The notes under the pieces are model-generated. The model ran no database searches, had not been told where the DNA came from, and saw nothing but the letters and a program-made list of their open reading frames with translations. A program made the position numbers and the translations under genes. Below are positions 32,166-44,789 of a stretch of DNA of 64,000 nucleotides, one piece after another; position 1 is the first letter of the stretch, and every line of letters begins with the position of its first letter. The stretch comes from Eledone cirrhosa (lineage: Eukaryota), in assembly GCA_964016885.1 (NCBI GenBank), contig OZ024740.1, positions 418,562,001 through 418,626,000 of the forward strand, written 5' to 3'.

Positions 32166-32600
32166 CAGTCCACACTGTAAAGTAATTGTGTGTCATGACA
32201 AAAAGGACTTAGTCCACACTGCAAAGTAATCGTGTGTCATGACAAAAACGACTTAGTCTACACTGTAAAGTAATCCTTTTGGTGCCATGATAAAAAGCAC
32301 CATGTCCACATTGCAAGGTGATCATTTTGGTGCCATGATAAAAAGCACCATGTCCACATTGCAAAGTGATCATTTTGGTGCCATGATAAAAAGCACTCAG
32401 CTCACACTGTAAAGTAGTCATTTTGGTGCCATGATAAAAAGCATCCAGTCTACACTGTAGTCATATAGTTGTCATGATATAAAGCATCCAGTTCACACTG
32501 TAAAGTGGTTGTTTTGGTGCCACAATATAAAGCATCCAGTCCACACAGTAAATATGGTTAGCATTAGGAAGGGCATCCAGCCATAGAAACCAAGCCAGAA
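32166..32600 (+). repeat. ~43-bp minisatellite (about 9 units) derived from a SINE/LINE-UTR module
   Basis: Unit cagtccacactgtaaagt..tggtgccatgataaaaagca followed by ttaggaagggcatccagcc. Confidence 0.85.
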
Positions 32601-35600
32601 ACAGTTCAGTACGAGCAAAGGCACACCGACAATTCAGCGCATAACAATTTAGCGCAAGGAAGCAAATACAAGGACAATTGAAGAAAAAGAATAACAAAAT
32701 TTCTCTTAAGAAAAAACTTTGCTTAAGAATTTCATCTCAAGCTCTCTTTAAAAATTTCAAATTGTAAACCTTTGGATTTTTGAAGAAAATAAATTATTTG
32801 GAACCACAAGTGAAGTCATTCTATTTCCTTTTTTAAATATATATATAAATATATAAACACACACACATTATATATCGTTTTGCATCGTCCTTGCAAAGCA
32901 CGGTCATCTGATGTGACTTTTCTTACAATGGTACAACTTGCCTAACCCATGCTAGCGAGGAAAAATGGACGTTAAACGGTGATGATGGTTCTGCTCTCTA
33001 TATAAATTAAACTATATATTATATACTTTTAAGTGTTATGTTAATGTAAAAACTTGATAGTAAAACTTAGTAATAAAATTTAAGTATAGAAGATATTGTC
33101 ACAAGCTGTAAAATTAACAATAGGGGAAAGAAATAATTAGATATGACCTAAGAGGGCTGGGTTTATTTTTTTTTAAATGTTATTCAATAAGGAGAAGTTA
33201 AAAGGAGATAATACATGTTCAACTGATCTAACAAAGACTATGGGAAAAGGCACAGAACACATTGAATTTGTAAGAGTGCAGCCATTATAACTGGCAAGCA
33301 AAAACATTTAAGCACTTAGTCGCCTTTACTGACATTTCAATTACTACTTTGGGAAGAATAACCCAGGTAATACCAATCAATTCATTCGTCTCAACAGCCA
33401 ATCATAATCAAACTCTGTTAGTCTACCATCTTTGTCACAATTTCAACTATTCTCATGGCAGTAATATATATGTCTGCATTGTCATATCTAAAACACACGT
33501 ATTATTATTTAGTTCAAGACTGTAGGACAATATGCTTTCTGGCATATAGTTATGTCCCTTTACGTTTTGAGTTCAAATCCCACCAAAGTTAGCTTTACTT
33601 TTTATCATTACAGGGTCGATAAAATAAAGTACCAGTTATACACTGGATTTAATTTAATCATCTTTCCCCCACAAAAAATCGATGGCTTTGTGCCTAAATC
33701 AGAAACCATTATCATTTTGTCTAAGAAATAAGAGTCATGTCCATAGCCTTTTAAGGACCTCCTAGATTGGTGAGGTTAAATGTTTGCAGGGTGCTGCCTA
33801 TTGTGAAAATAAGAGCAGAAAGTGCACTGAATTGCATGCAGTTCTAAAGAGGAAGGATTAGCAGAGCTGTTTCGCATGGTGTTTGGTGGGTAACACACAG
33901 CAGGGATGACAAAATAAGGAGAGGCTGGAGCTTAGACCCAGTTGGCTACTTCAATGAGGGTTTGCCCTTCAGTCAAATAATCTTTTATTGTTTAGAATCT
34001 AGAATGTATATGTATGTGTGTGAGAGAGAATAGTAGCTGCACAGCATTTGGTATTTGTTGAGTTCACTGCTACTGAAGTATTTTCTAGCACCTGGAGAGC
34101 AGGGGAGTTACAAAAAAAAACCCTAGCCTCTGCAAAGCTGTTTCGGCTATATTATCTGTTTTGTTTCATTTTAACCGTCTCGATTATAGAAATCATCATC
34201 GTTTTCACATCCTTTTTTCGATGCTTGCATGGGTTGTACGGGTCCTTCTCAGCACAGCATCTCTCCACTTGTTGAATTTTTTTTCCATCTCTTTGTGTCT
34301 CAGCGATTTGAAGTCAGCTCTCACCACCTTTGCCCCAGGTCTAGCTCTACTGTGGCTTCCCTCCACTGGTATATCCTGACACTTCTTCACTCAGCGATAA
34401 TCATCTATGCTATTCCCTCAGCTCATCCAACCTCTGCCTTTCTCTCACACTTACATTGCACATCCAATGAAGTATAGCTGCTTCATGTAAACCTTTACAG
34501 AAAATGAGCAATTTTCATAAAATAATTTATTGGAGATTGTCAAATATTGTTTAGTAGATTAGATAAATGTTATTTTAGCATAAATAATTGTGTTCATGAT
34601 AGATAATGTTAGCTGCTGAATCATGTTTAGAATTTGGTTATCAAAGAGGAGAAAACCAATAGCAATCAGACAAGAGTTATACTGGATATATGTTGAGATT
34701 TGATAGACTGACTATTCTGTTACCTGTCTGAAAGATAAACTTAATACTGGCCCACTTTCGGACCTTTTGTTGTTTCTTCTACTTTCTATAAAATAACTCT
34801 ATATCATGCCTCACTAAGACTGGCTATATACAATCTCTATTAGCAATTTAAATTTCATCTATGGGTCAGTCAGTATATCAGAGCAACATTTTTTCAAAAC
34901 TGCAATCATTACGAAAGAAGAAAAAAAATGCCGATTACAGTTAAATAACATTAAATCACAACCTGATTTTGGTTCACAGTTGCTGGGCTTATTTTAACTT
35001 CATTTTCGTTGCTGTCTATGGAAAAACTCTCTTTCTCTAAAAATGTGTAAGGATGAAAGGCAAAGCTAATCTCGGCGTGATTTGAACTCAGAAAGTAAAG
35101 GGCCGTAACTATGCTGCAGAGCGTGTTGTCCGACGCTCTACCGATCAATAATAATGGTTTCTGATTTAGACACAAAGCCAACAATTTGGGGGAAGAGGTG
35201 AAAGTCGATTAAATCGACTCCAGTGCATTACTGATGCTTTATTTTATTAACCCCGTAAGGATGAAAGGGAAAGTTAACCTTGGCAAGATTTGAACTCAGA
35301 ACGTAAAGTGTCATAACTATATGCAACAAAGCGTTGTTCGACGCTCTACTGATTAAAAATAATAACATTAATAGTTTCTGATTTAGGCCCAAGGCCACAT
35401 CTCTTTCTCTAAGAATCCGAAGTCTCCATGCTTTTGATATAAAGTTATATGCAAAACGTCTACCCACAGGATGCAGTGCCAAACAAACATTTATTAACAG
35501 AGAACATAATTTCGTTGTTTAGCCACCTGATGGAGCAGACTTATCACCATTTCACGACTTGTTCACATGCAGAGTGCACGCAGGGCTAAATTATCCAATA

Positions 35601-35943
35601 TGTCCTACTTTTCTAAGACGTCAGGGAGTGGCTTTTAGAGAGGTTTGGCTGCTATTTCTAGTAAGTCAAATGACCACACAGAAGCTCCCTCGTTAGTTCG
35701 CCCATACAAAACTTAGATAAATATACAAACACAAGCATAGTTGGTGAGTAAATCAAAGCTAGCTAATTTAATGTATGTAAAACCATTTAAACTTATCAAA
35801 GTTTATCAGTAGCCGTTTCCGATGTTTATACATGAAAACCTAATGTTATAGATGTTTACAAGTCTAAACCTGGTACGAACCTAACATGGTTCTGCATGCT
35901 AGGCATAAACTAAATCCCTAAAATATGTAATTGGCTTAGATAC

Positions 35944-35952
35944 CTTTTTCAG
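35944..35952 (-). other. Candidate 9-nt microexon CTGAAAAAG
   Basis: ttgtttttgtttttcctgtcttacag|CTGAAAAAG|gtatct; ~70-nt AG-free pyrimidine-rich zone upstream. Confidence 0.45.
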
Positions 35953-36080
35953 CTGTAAGACAGGAAAAACAAAAACAAGCAGGAATTTTACATTTAAAAA
36001 AAAAACCAAGAAAAATGACAGAACCGTCTCAATTTTGCAAGAGAAGCAACATTTGGAAATATGCATAGAATACACACACA

Positions 36081-36124
<44 letters not shown>

Positions 36125-36339
36125 CATACACACACACACTGTTTGTTGTTCTTAATATAAATAACCAAATAGCTGATCAGAAGCTGTAGTGAACAGTTGA
36201 ACATTAGTAGCGGTGGTGGGTGGGGACAACATATCCAATAGATATCGGTTCAATGCAAACATTTACATGTCGTCCCTTTTGTCAGGAATATATATTAGTC
36301 TAACAAGTTAAATAGCACGGTTCAACATAGCTTACGCTG

Positions 36340-36385
<46 letters not shown>

Positions 36386-36518
36386 AGATCTGATCTTGCG
36401 AAGAGATGCAACCCAAACATGGACTACATGTCAGAACCTATGAAACAAACACACAAATTTATATATATATATATACGGTAAATTATTGGCGTATTAAACC
36501 TTGGTGATCTTTTCATTG

Positions 36519-36586
<68 letters not shown>

Positions 36587-36900
36587 TAACGAAATGGCTT
36601 CTACAGAACTAGAACTGTTTCATTCGTATGAAATCATCGGGCATTCCTTGTCATTTATATACGACTTTGTCTCTCTTTATATATATATAAATGCGTTTTT
36701 TTCAATTGCATGCAATAAAAGTCAGAGGGTGTAGGGATAAACACCTGCATAAACTTGCTATAAAAGCTGTGAAACGGTTCTAGTCCTGTAAAAACCATTT
36801 CTATATTAGATTTCGTTTCTCTCTCTCTACTTATGTATTGAGTACCTTATTTATTGTGGTAACGCCCGATTTCACTCAGGACCTCCTACATACCCCCACC

Positions 36901-36948
<48 letters not shown>

Positions 36949-38222
36949 ATCAGAGACAGTAAACATCAGAAAGAAGCAACAAGATCGACAATTTCCGATA
37001 ATCTTTTACATATAAAATTCCAGATGTCCGAGATTTCTAGGAGCCATTGACCTGGAAATAACTGATCTGCTACATTTCATGTAGAAAAAAGGGGTTGGGT
37101 TCGACATTTAATTGTCTGTCAGAAATAAAACAGTCGCATCTGATGACCGTACGTTTATGTAAGTATTTAGTATTTACGGAGAAAATCTTAAATTGACACA
37201 TATATATCTATATAAAGATGCGATTATCGTGTAATTAAAACTTATAGATTATCGACTAGCTTGATCGTCATCGATTATTGAAATAATAAAATGAGAAATG
37301 AGAGGGTGACGAAGTTCATAAATGTTATGTTAAGTTTGTTATAAAGCTGACGTGGTTCAAAGCAAGTTTTAAAAAATAATGAAATATGTTTCATTCAATT
37401 TCATATAAATAAATCTAGTTCATACTTTTGTTGTTTTTCTGTGGCTTTATATCAATTTCTTTTAGACACTATATATGTAAAGAAGGTGGCAAGAGACTAG
37501 AAAACACATATATTAGTAGATTTGTTAGTAAAATCAAGTCTTGTTTTTACTCATTCTTTTCTCTATACAATAATTTGATGTTTATATATTAAAGATAATA
37601 TTATGCCACATAATCAGTAAAAAACAACTATAGTTTGTGGTTGAGAGATAAGAAAAGTGAAGAAAATTAGCTCATAAACAAGTTCTATTTTTCTCTTCGA
37701 AGCACCAACAAGTCGCCATATCAACCCAGTGCTAGAAAATAAGACTATTTCAATCCGAATAAATGAACATTAACATTTGAAACCAAAAAATATATGTTGT
37801 TCCCCTTTGTCAATTGTCACGTAAGCATAAACCCAACTTGGAAATGTCAATCATTGATGAAGACAGTAATATATATATATAAAGGAAATTATAAAAAATA
37901 ATAGATAGAAAGTATACGACGAAGAATTTAATGGCTTAGTATTAAATAGAGATAGGTGTAGATACATCAAACGGTCTACTGAAACTGAGGATTTACATAA
38001 AACACCTTAAATGTCTTATATATAAAAAAAACTGAAAAGTAAAATAGGTAAATAAATAAAACAGAAACATGTAATGGGATTTTCTAAATCAAATAAAAGG
38101 AGGATAGTTTGAGAAATTAATATCTACTTCAGCTGTCTGAGCTGAAGTTAATAAGGGATCTTATAAGACAAGAAATGTAATCATCGTCCAGGAATGTAGT
38201 CAGGCGAAAGGGAAATACTTAC

Positions 38223-38530
38223 TGCGAATGAAATTCGGGCGCCGTTGTGGGTAGAAATACGGACCGGTTAGTTAAAATTCACTGTGAAGTTGTGAGAAGC
38301 ACCAGAGGGTGTCTCCGTTAACCAGTTTACTCGCCTCTCTCAGTCCCAGAAGCTACGTGGTGAAAGTAGGAGTGGGACACGCCGGAACCTTGTTTTAGCG
38401 GTTGCACATGCGCGATGCAGACGACGTGGCACTTCTTCCTCCTACGATTAAGTTCCGGCATGCATTGCTAACAGCTGGCTACCGGTGTAACTATGATTAA
38501 GTTCCGGCTAACAGCTGACTACCGGTGTAA
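38223..38530 (-). promoter_or_regulatory. Candidate Pol II promoter + non-coding first exon
   Basis: Locally CpG-rich; NRF1-like gcacatgcgc, ETS-like ccggaa/ttccgg x3; minus-strand donor gca|gtaagt at 38222. Confidence 0.55.
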
Positions 38531-38589
38531 TTCTACATAATATATTTCTGTTTCTAATAAACAACAATTTCAGACACCGCCCTCATATT

Positions 38590-39975
38590 CAATGACGTGG
38601 AATGAAAATAAGAATGTACATGCATTTTTATTGTATAAATAATATTAGGAATTATTCGCAATTCTTTCAAAATGAAAATATAAATACAATTAACTATTGC
38701 TAGGAACCTTTCAAATACAACGCTCCAAAATATACGATCAAAGCGAGAGAAAGAGAGAAACCCCACAAAAATGACCATTAATTCACCACCAAGTGCGATA
38801 ATCGGTGGTATATCACAAGGGTCAACGGAATATTTTGAGGCTAACCAATACGCTCACAGCATTACCGCAGGTGATGGCGAGGCTAAGACATTGAAACAAC
38901 CGGGCACCCTCAGTAAGGTGAGCAGCCAGCGATGATAAGAATTCAGATTATATTTCTAACAGCAAAAAATAAATCTCAGTTTTATTCTTCGGCTCATATG
39001 TTGAAGTTATTCATGGCTATCCAAAAGCGTTTGCTTTTACATCTTCGTTTGGAAAATTTTAGTATCTAAATATTTCTTGAATGAAACTGAAGTCCCAAAA
39101 ACATCAATTCAACACTATGTGCGTCAATCGGTCACACACCACAAGGGTCAACGGAATATTTTGAGGCAAGCCAACACGCTCGCAACATTACCGCGGGTGA
39201 TGGCGTGGCTAAGGCGCTGAAACAACCAGGCTCCTCCACGGCATCACCTGACACCTCAGTAAGGTGAGCCGCCAACGATAACAAGGACATCACTGTCAGT
39301 GGCCCAACTGTCTCAAATGCCACAGACTGGGAGAAAATAGTTGTTTGATACTTCCCAGTATTTTAGGATTTTATTCCGTTCGTCAACAGAAGCAGTGACC
39401 CTCATATTTACCATGGCATCCGTGATGTGGGAGTGAGCAAAAGAATCACTGACTGTGGCGTCACAGATGTGACACTCACCTTTTACCCAGGAACAAAGGG
39501 TGAGACATTCTGGTCTCTTCCCATCACTTTTGGATAATCCAGCGGACTCCGGAACCGAGGGGATATTTACCCGAGCCCAGGCTCGTTTAATGATCAGGTT
39601 TAGCTCGGTGTGGCGGCAGCACAAACCATGTAGGACCTACCACAACGACATCTCAAACCCCAACAGACATCAGCTCCCAATGTCGGGTGATGCCCGTGAG
39701 GGTGCTTGGTTGTTTCAGCGCCTTAGTATTAACACGGGTGATGGTGAGGCTATCAGCGTGTTGGCTTGCCTCAAAAATTTCCGTTGGCCCTTGTGGTGTG
39801 TGGCAAATTGTTGCACTTGGTGGTGAATTGATGGTCGTTTTTGTTTTTTCTTTCTCTCACTTTCATCGTATATTTTGATGCGTTATATCTGTAAGGTTCT
39901 TAACAATAGTTAATTGTATTTATTATTTGTGTTTATATTTTCATTCTAAAAGAATAGCGAACAATTTATAATATT
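38590..39975. mobile_element. Cluster of three CRE-clade (RLE) non-LTR 3' fragments: 38590-38935(-), 39120-39660(-), 39680-39975(+)
   Basis: RHTELNLII..GLSKSDGKRP..LTL.SW..DATV.D..KY..F.PV/AFETVG; SGDAREGAWLFQRLS. Confidence 0.8.
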
Positions 39976-40552
39976 TATACAACTGAATAAAGATTGTAAT
40001 ATCCTTTAGTTGTGTTAATGTCGGCGTAAGAAACTATCAGGAGAGCTGGACTGCAGAAGGTCTTCAGAGAAGTTTTTTTTCTTCAAGCCAGTTTTTTCGG
40101 CCTTAAACTTCTTAAAACAAAATAGCGATGAGTTATCCCCCTTGTTTATTCTTGGTGGGCAAATTATTCGTTGGATATGAAATTTAAAAAAAAATGATAA
40201 AGAAAAGGATTTTTTTACAACACTAAATGAAAACGAGTCTTGCTTTCTTCTTTCTTTCTATGTTGTATAAATTATTGGTACGTGGAATAATGAAGGATTG
40301 AATAACACAATAGGGGAGACAACTCATCGATGTTATTATTGTTTAGTCCCGAATGAACACTGATTAAGTAGACCTATAATCATAGGCGTTCCAAACATGA
40401 TCATCACATCGTCTTCTGTTTCTGGGACTACATTATTTGATGTACCCATATTTTTTTGTGTGATTTGAAACCTATTTCTAGCAGGCTGAGCATCCACATA
40501 CAGGCTCCTTCGTTGACTCGTAGTTTATTTACAATGAAAAGATGGAGTACTC

Positions 40553-41136
40553 TCTAGCAGCTACCCTCACCATCACTCCACTCCACTCCATGTCCCCTCC
40601 AGCATTCACTCCTTAGCAGCTTCCTCCTCAAAAGCCTTTAGATACCCACACTATTGCATCCTAGAAGCTATTCCCTTCACCCCTATGCACCCGACCCATT
40701 CTCCCTCCACTATCACTGCATCTCCCCTTCCTAGTACTGGTGAGTGCCATCCTCACCCCAGCAAACCATCCTCACCCACTCCTCGCTATCTCCCACTTTA
40801 GTGTTCTCACCACTCCTCACACCACACTTGCCATAACGTCATACTTAACTCCCTCTATCACCCCATCCCCCACCCACCCCCAAGCAAATAGAAAACACGC
40901 CAAACAAAGGGTTGGAAAGACCCTTTAGTCGTGTCAAAGACATGACAACCTCCCCAACTCACTTATCGGTAGAACACTAGAACACAAGACCATATGTAAG
41001 CAAGATGCAGAACCCCCCCCCCCCCCACTTGTCCATGAGGTCAGTAGCCCCATTTCAGTATTGACTTGGATGTAGACCTGTCCAACCCTTGCTAGCAAGG
41101 TAAGCAGACATTAAATGATGATTATCATGATGATGA
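40553..41136 (+). mobile_element. Non-coding RTE-tailed retroposon with C-rich leader
   Basis: Starts tagcagctaccc like the RTE A leader; ends ccaacccttgctagcaaggtaagcagacattaaatgatga; 3' part also at 21195-21333 and 56123-56351. Confidence 0.6.
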
Positions 41137-42063
41137 ATATTCTAATCCTATTAACTCAGGTGGATGGATAACAAAACCTTATATTTAGTTACACCCTTTT
41201 ATGTTTTGAGTTCAAATCCCACTAGAATCCACTTTTCCATTCATCTTTCTGGGGATGAAATGAGTAATGAAGTTGATGTAATCGACACTAAAACCTAGAA
41301 AACAGAGATCCAGCATGGCCAGTCAAATTACTGAAACCCATACAAGTGTAATTTATTTCAGGGATTTAATTTAGTGATCTACTATAACTAAATGGGATGG
41401 TCTCACTTGGAATGCCTTTGGATTATAGGTGTGCTTAGTCAAGGTTGATTTTGAGCTAAACAACACATAAATCATATAAATCTAATTTTCAATCAAATAA
41501 AGATCTTAAAGATTAATTAAATGTCTAAAAATTATCTGAATAAATAAAATATTAAAAAGCTTATGTTAATCTTCTTAACAATATTCCTTTCTACCCTTAC
41601 ACTCTCTCTCACATATACCAATTCCAAAATTAAAAAGAAATATATATGATGGATCTTAATCCTTTCACATGTAAATACTAATCTATAAATAATAATATAA
41701 GTAAATATCAATATTTCTTAGCCAGCAGTGGAGTGACAACTGTTTCTAACCTGACAATATAAGATTGTCTATGCTATATCAGAGCTGACACATTCCAAGT
41801 AAACTAAAATTGTAGTTTAATTCAATTTTATAAGCATCTGTGTTCTTTCTTTTTATGTAAATTTTAATGCCAAAATTTCTTTTGATATATAAACAAAAAT
41901 CAGTTCTGTATGAGCAAAGCATGGTCACCTGACCTGGCATTTCTCAAAACAGGACAACTCGTCTAACCCATGCTAGTGTGGAAAAATGGATGTTAAACAG
42001 TGAAGATGACGATGATACTTGCATGAATTCATTAGAAAATACATCTCTAAGATATTTTTAAAT

Positions 42064-42363
42064 CAGAGGCTCTCAAACCTTTAGTCCCCCCTCACAACCA
42101 CGTCATGCCCCTCACAACCACGTCGTACCCCCCCCCCCTACTTCCAGAGAGACCCACATACACGCAAATTGTAAATAATATATAATAAATAGAATCGTTA
42201 ATTTATATATAATAAATAGTATAATATATACTATGTATAAATATATATTATATATATAATATGTCTCATTTGATATTTAATATACTATTATATCATCTCT
42301 AGTACCCCTCTGGACTTCCTCAACACCCCCAGGGGGAGGTAGCACCCACTTTGAGAACCTCTG
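42064..42363. mobile_element. 300-bp hAT (Charlie-type) MITE
   Basis: TIR cagaggctctcaaa / tttgagaacctctg; perfect 8-bp TSD ttttaaat (42056-63, 42364-71). Confidence 0.9.
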
Positions 42364-42828
42364 TTTTAAATGAACAAAATTCTTCTGTTGTTTTTGTATG
42401 TGAAAAACTTATTTCATGCTCTGTATTTTAGCTGGTAATGCAGGAAGGGGCAGCACCTGTAAGCTCTGTAGGCTCTCTCACAATGTGAATACCTATATAG
42501 TTGATCTTCATATTGTGTCTGTTAATCCTTTCATTGCCATCTTTCTAATTAAAGATACTGTTTACCATTTTTTTATTTTTTTATTATGAATAATAAAGAA
42601 GAATTGGATTTAATTTAGTAATATAATTAACTTCTCTTTATTAAGCTGACTGCTGCAGGATTTTAACACAGAACATAAAGAGCCACAACACCTACTGCTA
42701 AGCATGTCTGACACTCAACTGACTCTACAAAATATGCTATCATATGCATATTGTTTATATTTAGTACAGAATAGAACTAGTTCTATATTATAATAAACAG
42801 AACTAGTTCTATATTATAATAAACAACA

Positions 42829-43026
42829 GTTCAATTCTCAGACCAGGTGATGTGTTAAGACACTATTTCACATTGCTCCAGTTTACTCAGCTGTAGAATG
42901 AGATGATAGGACTCACTGTAAATGAGGTTGGTGTTAGGAAGGGCATCCAGCTGTAGAAATCAAGCCAGAATCAGTTCCCGTCCCACCCTTGCAAGCAGGG
43001 AAAAAGGGGACGTAAAATGATGATGA
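42829..43026 (+). mobile_element. SINE S1 copy, 5'-truncated and internally deleted
   Basis: Starts at B box gttcaattctcagacc; S1 tail. Confidence 0.85.
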
Positions 43027-43911
43027 ACAGGTAGATTTTTGCAAGTGAATTATTAATTTAGGAAAATATTTAAAATATGCACAATTTAGAACTACTGTTC
43101 AATAAATTCATCCAACAGTTTCATTTATTATAATAACACTACTGATATTTCAGCAGTTATATATATGTATTAAAATATTGATTAATATATAAAGTAATTA
43201 ATGATATTGTCTGACAAAAGTATAGGTTAATCAAATTGTTAGAGATAGCCACTATTAGAACCTTAAGTCAGCTCTACTGAAATAGATTTTGGTGTAAATC
43301 GGTGCACGGGTTCCTGAGATATGATGTTTTTCCGGGTACCTTCACAAACAGAGAGAAAGAGATAGTGGTTCTGAGAGAGTAGATTGAAATAGAGACATAG
43401 AGAGAGAGAGAGAGAGAAGGAGAATGGAAGAGAAAGCTGGTGGTAGTGTTGTGTGTATATATGTGGGAGTGTGTATGTATATATATATATATGTCTGTGT
43501 GTGTCTATGACCAGTGTATATAGATCACAGACACCCACATGTATATATACACACACACATACATATATATATATGCACACACACATATATGTATATGTGT
43601 GAGTGTGTATGTATATATATATGTCTGTGTGTGTGTGTCTATGACCAGTGTATATAGATCACAGACACCCACATGTATATATACACACACACATACATAT
43701 ACACACACACACATACATATGTATACACACACACACATTTATATATATACATACACACATGTATATATATGGCCCTTCCAGTTTCATTTCACATTATATA
43801 CAGTCTGTGTATATTTTAATTATTTAGAAATTATTGTTAAGTGAACATGATTTTAAAAAAATATTTTGAAGTGTCCCAACGGGTCACAGGTGGTCTAGTA
43901 TATATATATAC

Positions 43912-43957
<46 letters not shown>

Positions 43958-43961
<4 letters not shown>

Positions 43962-44450
43962 AGATTCAGTAACCTGACAGCTAACATCTCTGCTGATACA
44001 TGGGAAAATGTTGCTGCTGATCATAATGAATGGAGAAAGACTGTATATGAGGGGAAAGTTGCCTTTGAGGCATCTCGAATCGCATACGAGAAAGTAAAGC
44101 GGGATGTGAGGAAGGGCATTGCTGTTGCACTTCCAGACGGCAAAGGTCCTCCTATGGCGCTGACTCTGCCTAAGCAAAGCTGTACTCGAAAGTCATCTTC
44201 GCAGTCATAAAGTAAGACCAGTGGTTGACTACCAGGCTGCTGTTGGAGATGCTACTCATCATGCTTGCCAAGAATGTGGTAGAGAATGTAAATCAGCAGG
44301 AGGGCTCAAACGACATGCAAAAGTACATGAACTCCAGCCACAGCCGGCTATTCCCAGTGAATGTTTTCGTTGCCAACTCTGTGCAAGACATATCATTGGC
44401 TGGGCTAAAAAGCCACATTCGATCAAAGCGCTGTTAATTGCTATCGTTTG
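43958..44450 (+). mobile_element. BovB-like RTE 3' fragment with two C2H2 fingers
   Basis: DTWENVAADHNEWRKTV; CQECGRECKSAGGLKRHAKVH; CQLC../SLAGLKSHIRS (frameshifted). Confidence 0.75.
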
Positions 44451-44789
44451 TGTAATGTAAAATGCTATTTTTTTCTTGTCTCTCCATCTTCCTGGTCCAT
44501 TCATTCATATAGCCACATCATCGCCCAGAATCTAAATCTTTGCTCTTTCTCAATGCTATTCTATAATTCTGTCTGGTTGTTCTAAATAATCATCTTGTAT
44601 TTTAAAATCCCATTATTCACTTATTACTGTATATGCTTGTCCAATTATGCCCAAAATTCGAGGATTTTATTTAAACCTTCTCGCTAACTACATCAGATGT
44701 TTTAATCCTACTCGTTTGTTTTTCTAAAATAACAATCTTGTGAGTTTAATTTTGGCCGAAAATTCAAGGATATATAAAATGGCCTTCTC

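Noticed and set aside
34720-34740. 4-nt microexon or recursive site tttcag|ACAG|gtaaca (also a 2-nt case near 30905)
   Set aside because: Short pyrimidine tract, frame-shifting length; expected by chance in AT-rich DNA
37136-37160. CTGATGA hammerhead core
   Set aside because: No downstream GAAA or stems
43491-43700. Direct duplication of a ~45-bp core within CA/TA repeats
   Set aside because: Ordinary microsatellite-mediated slippage
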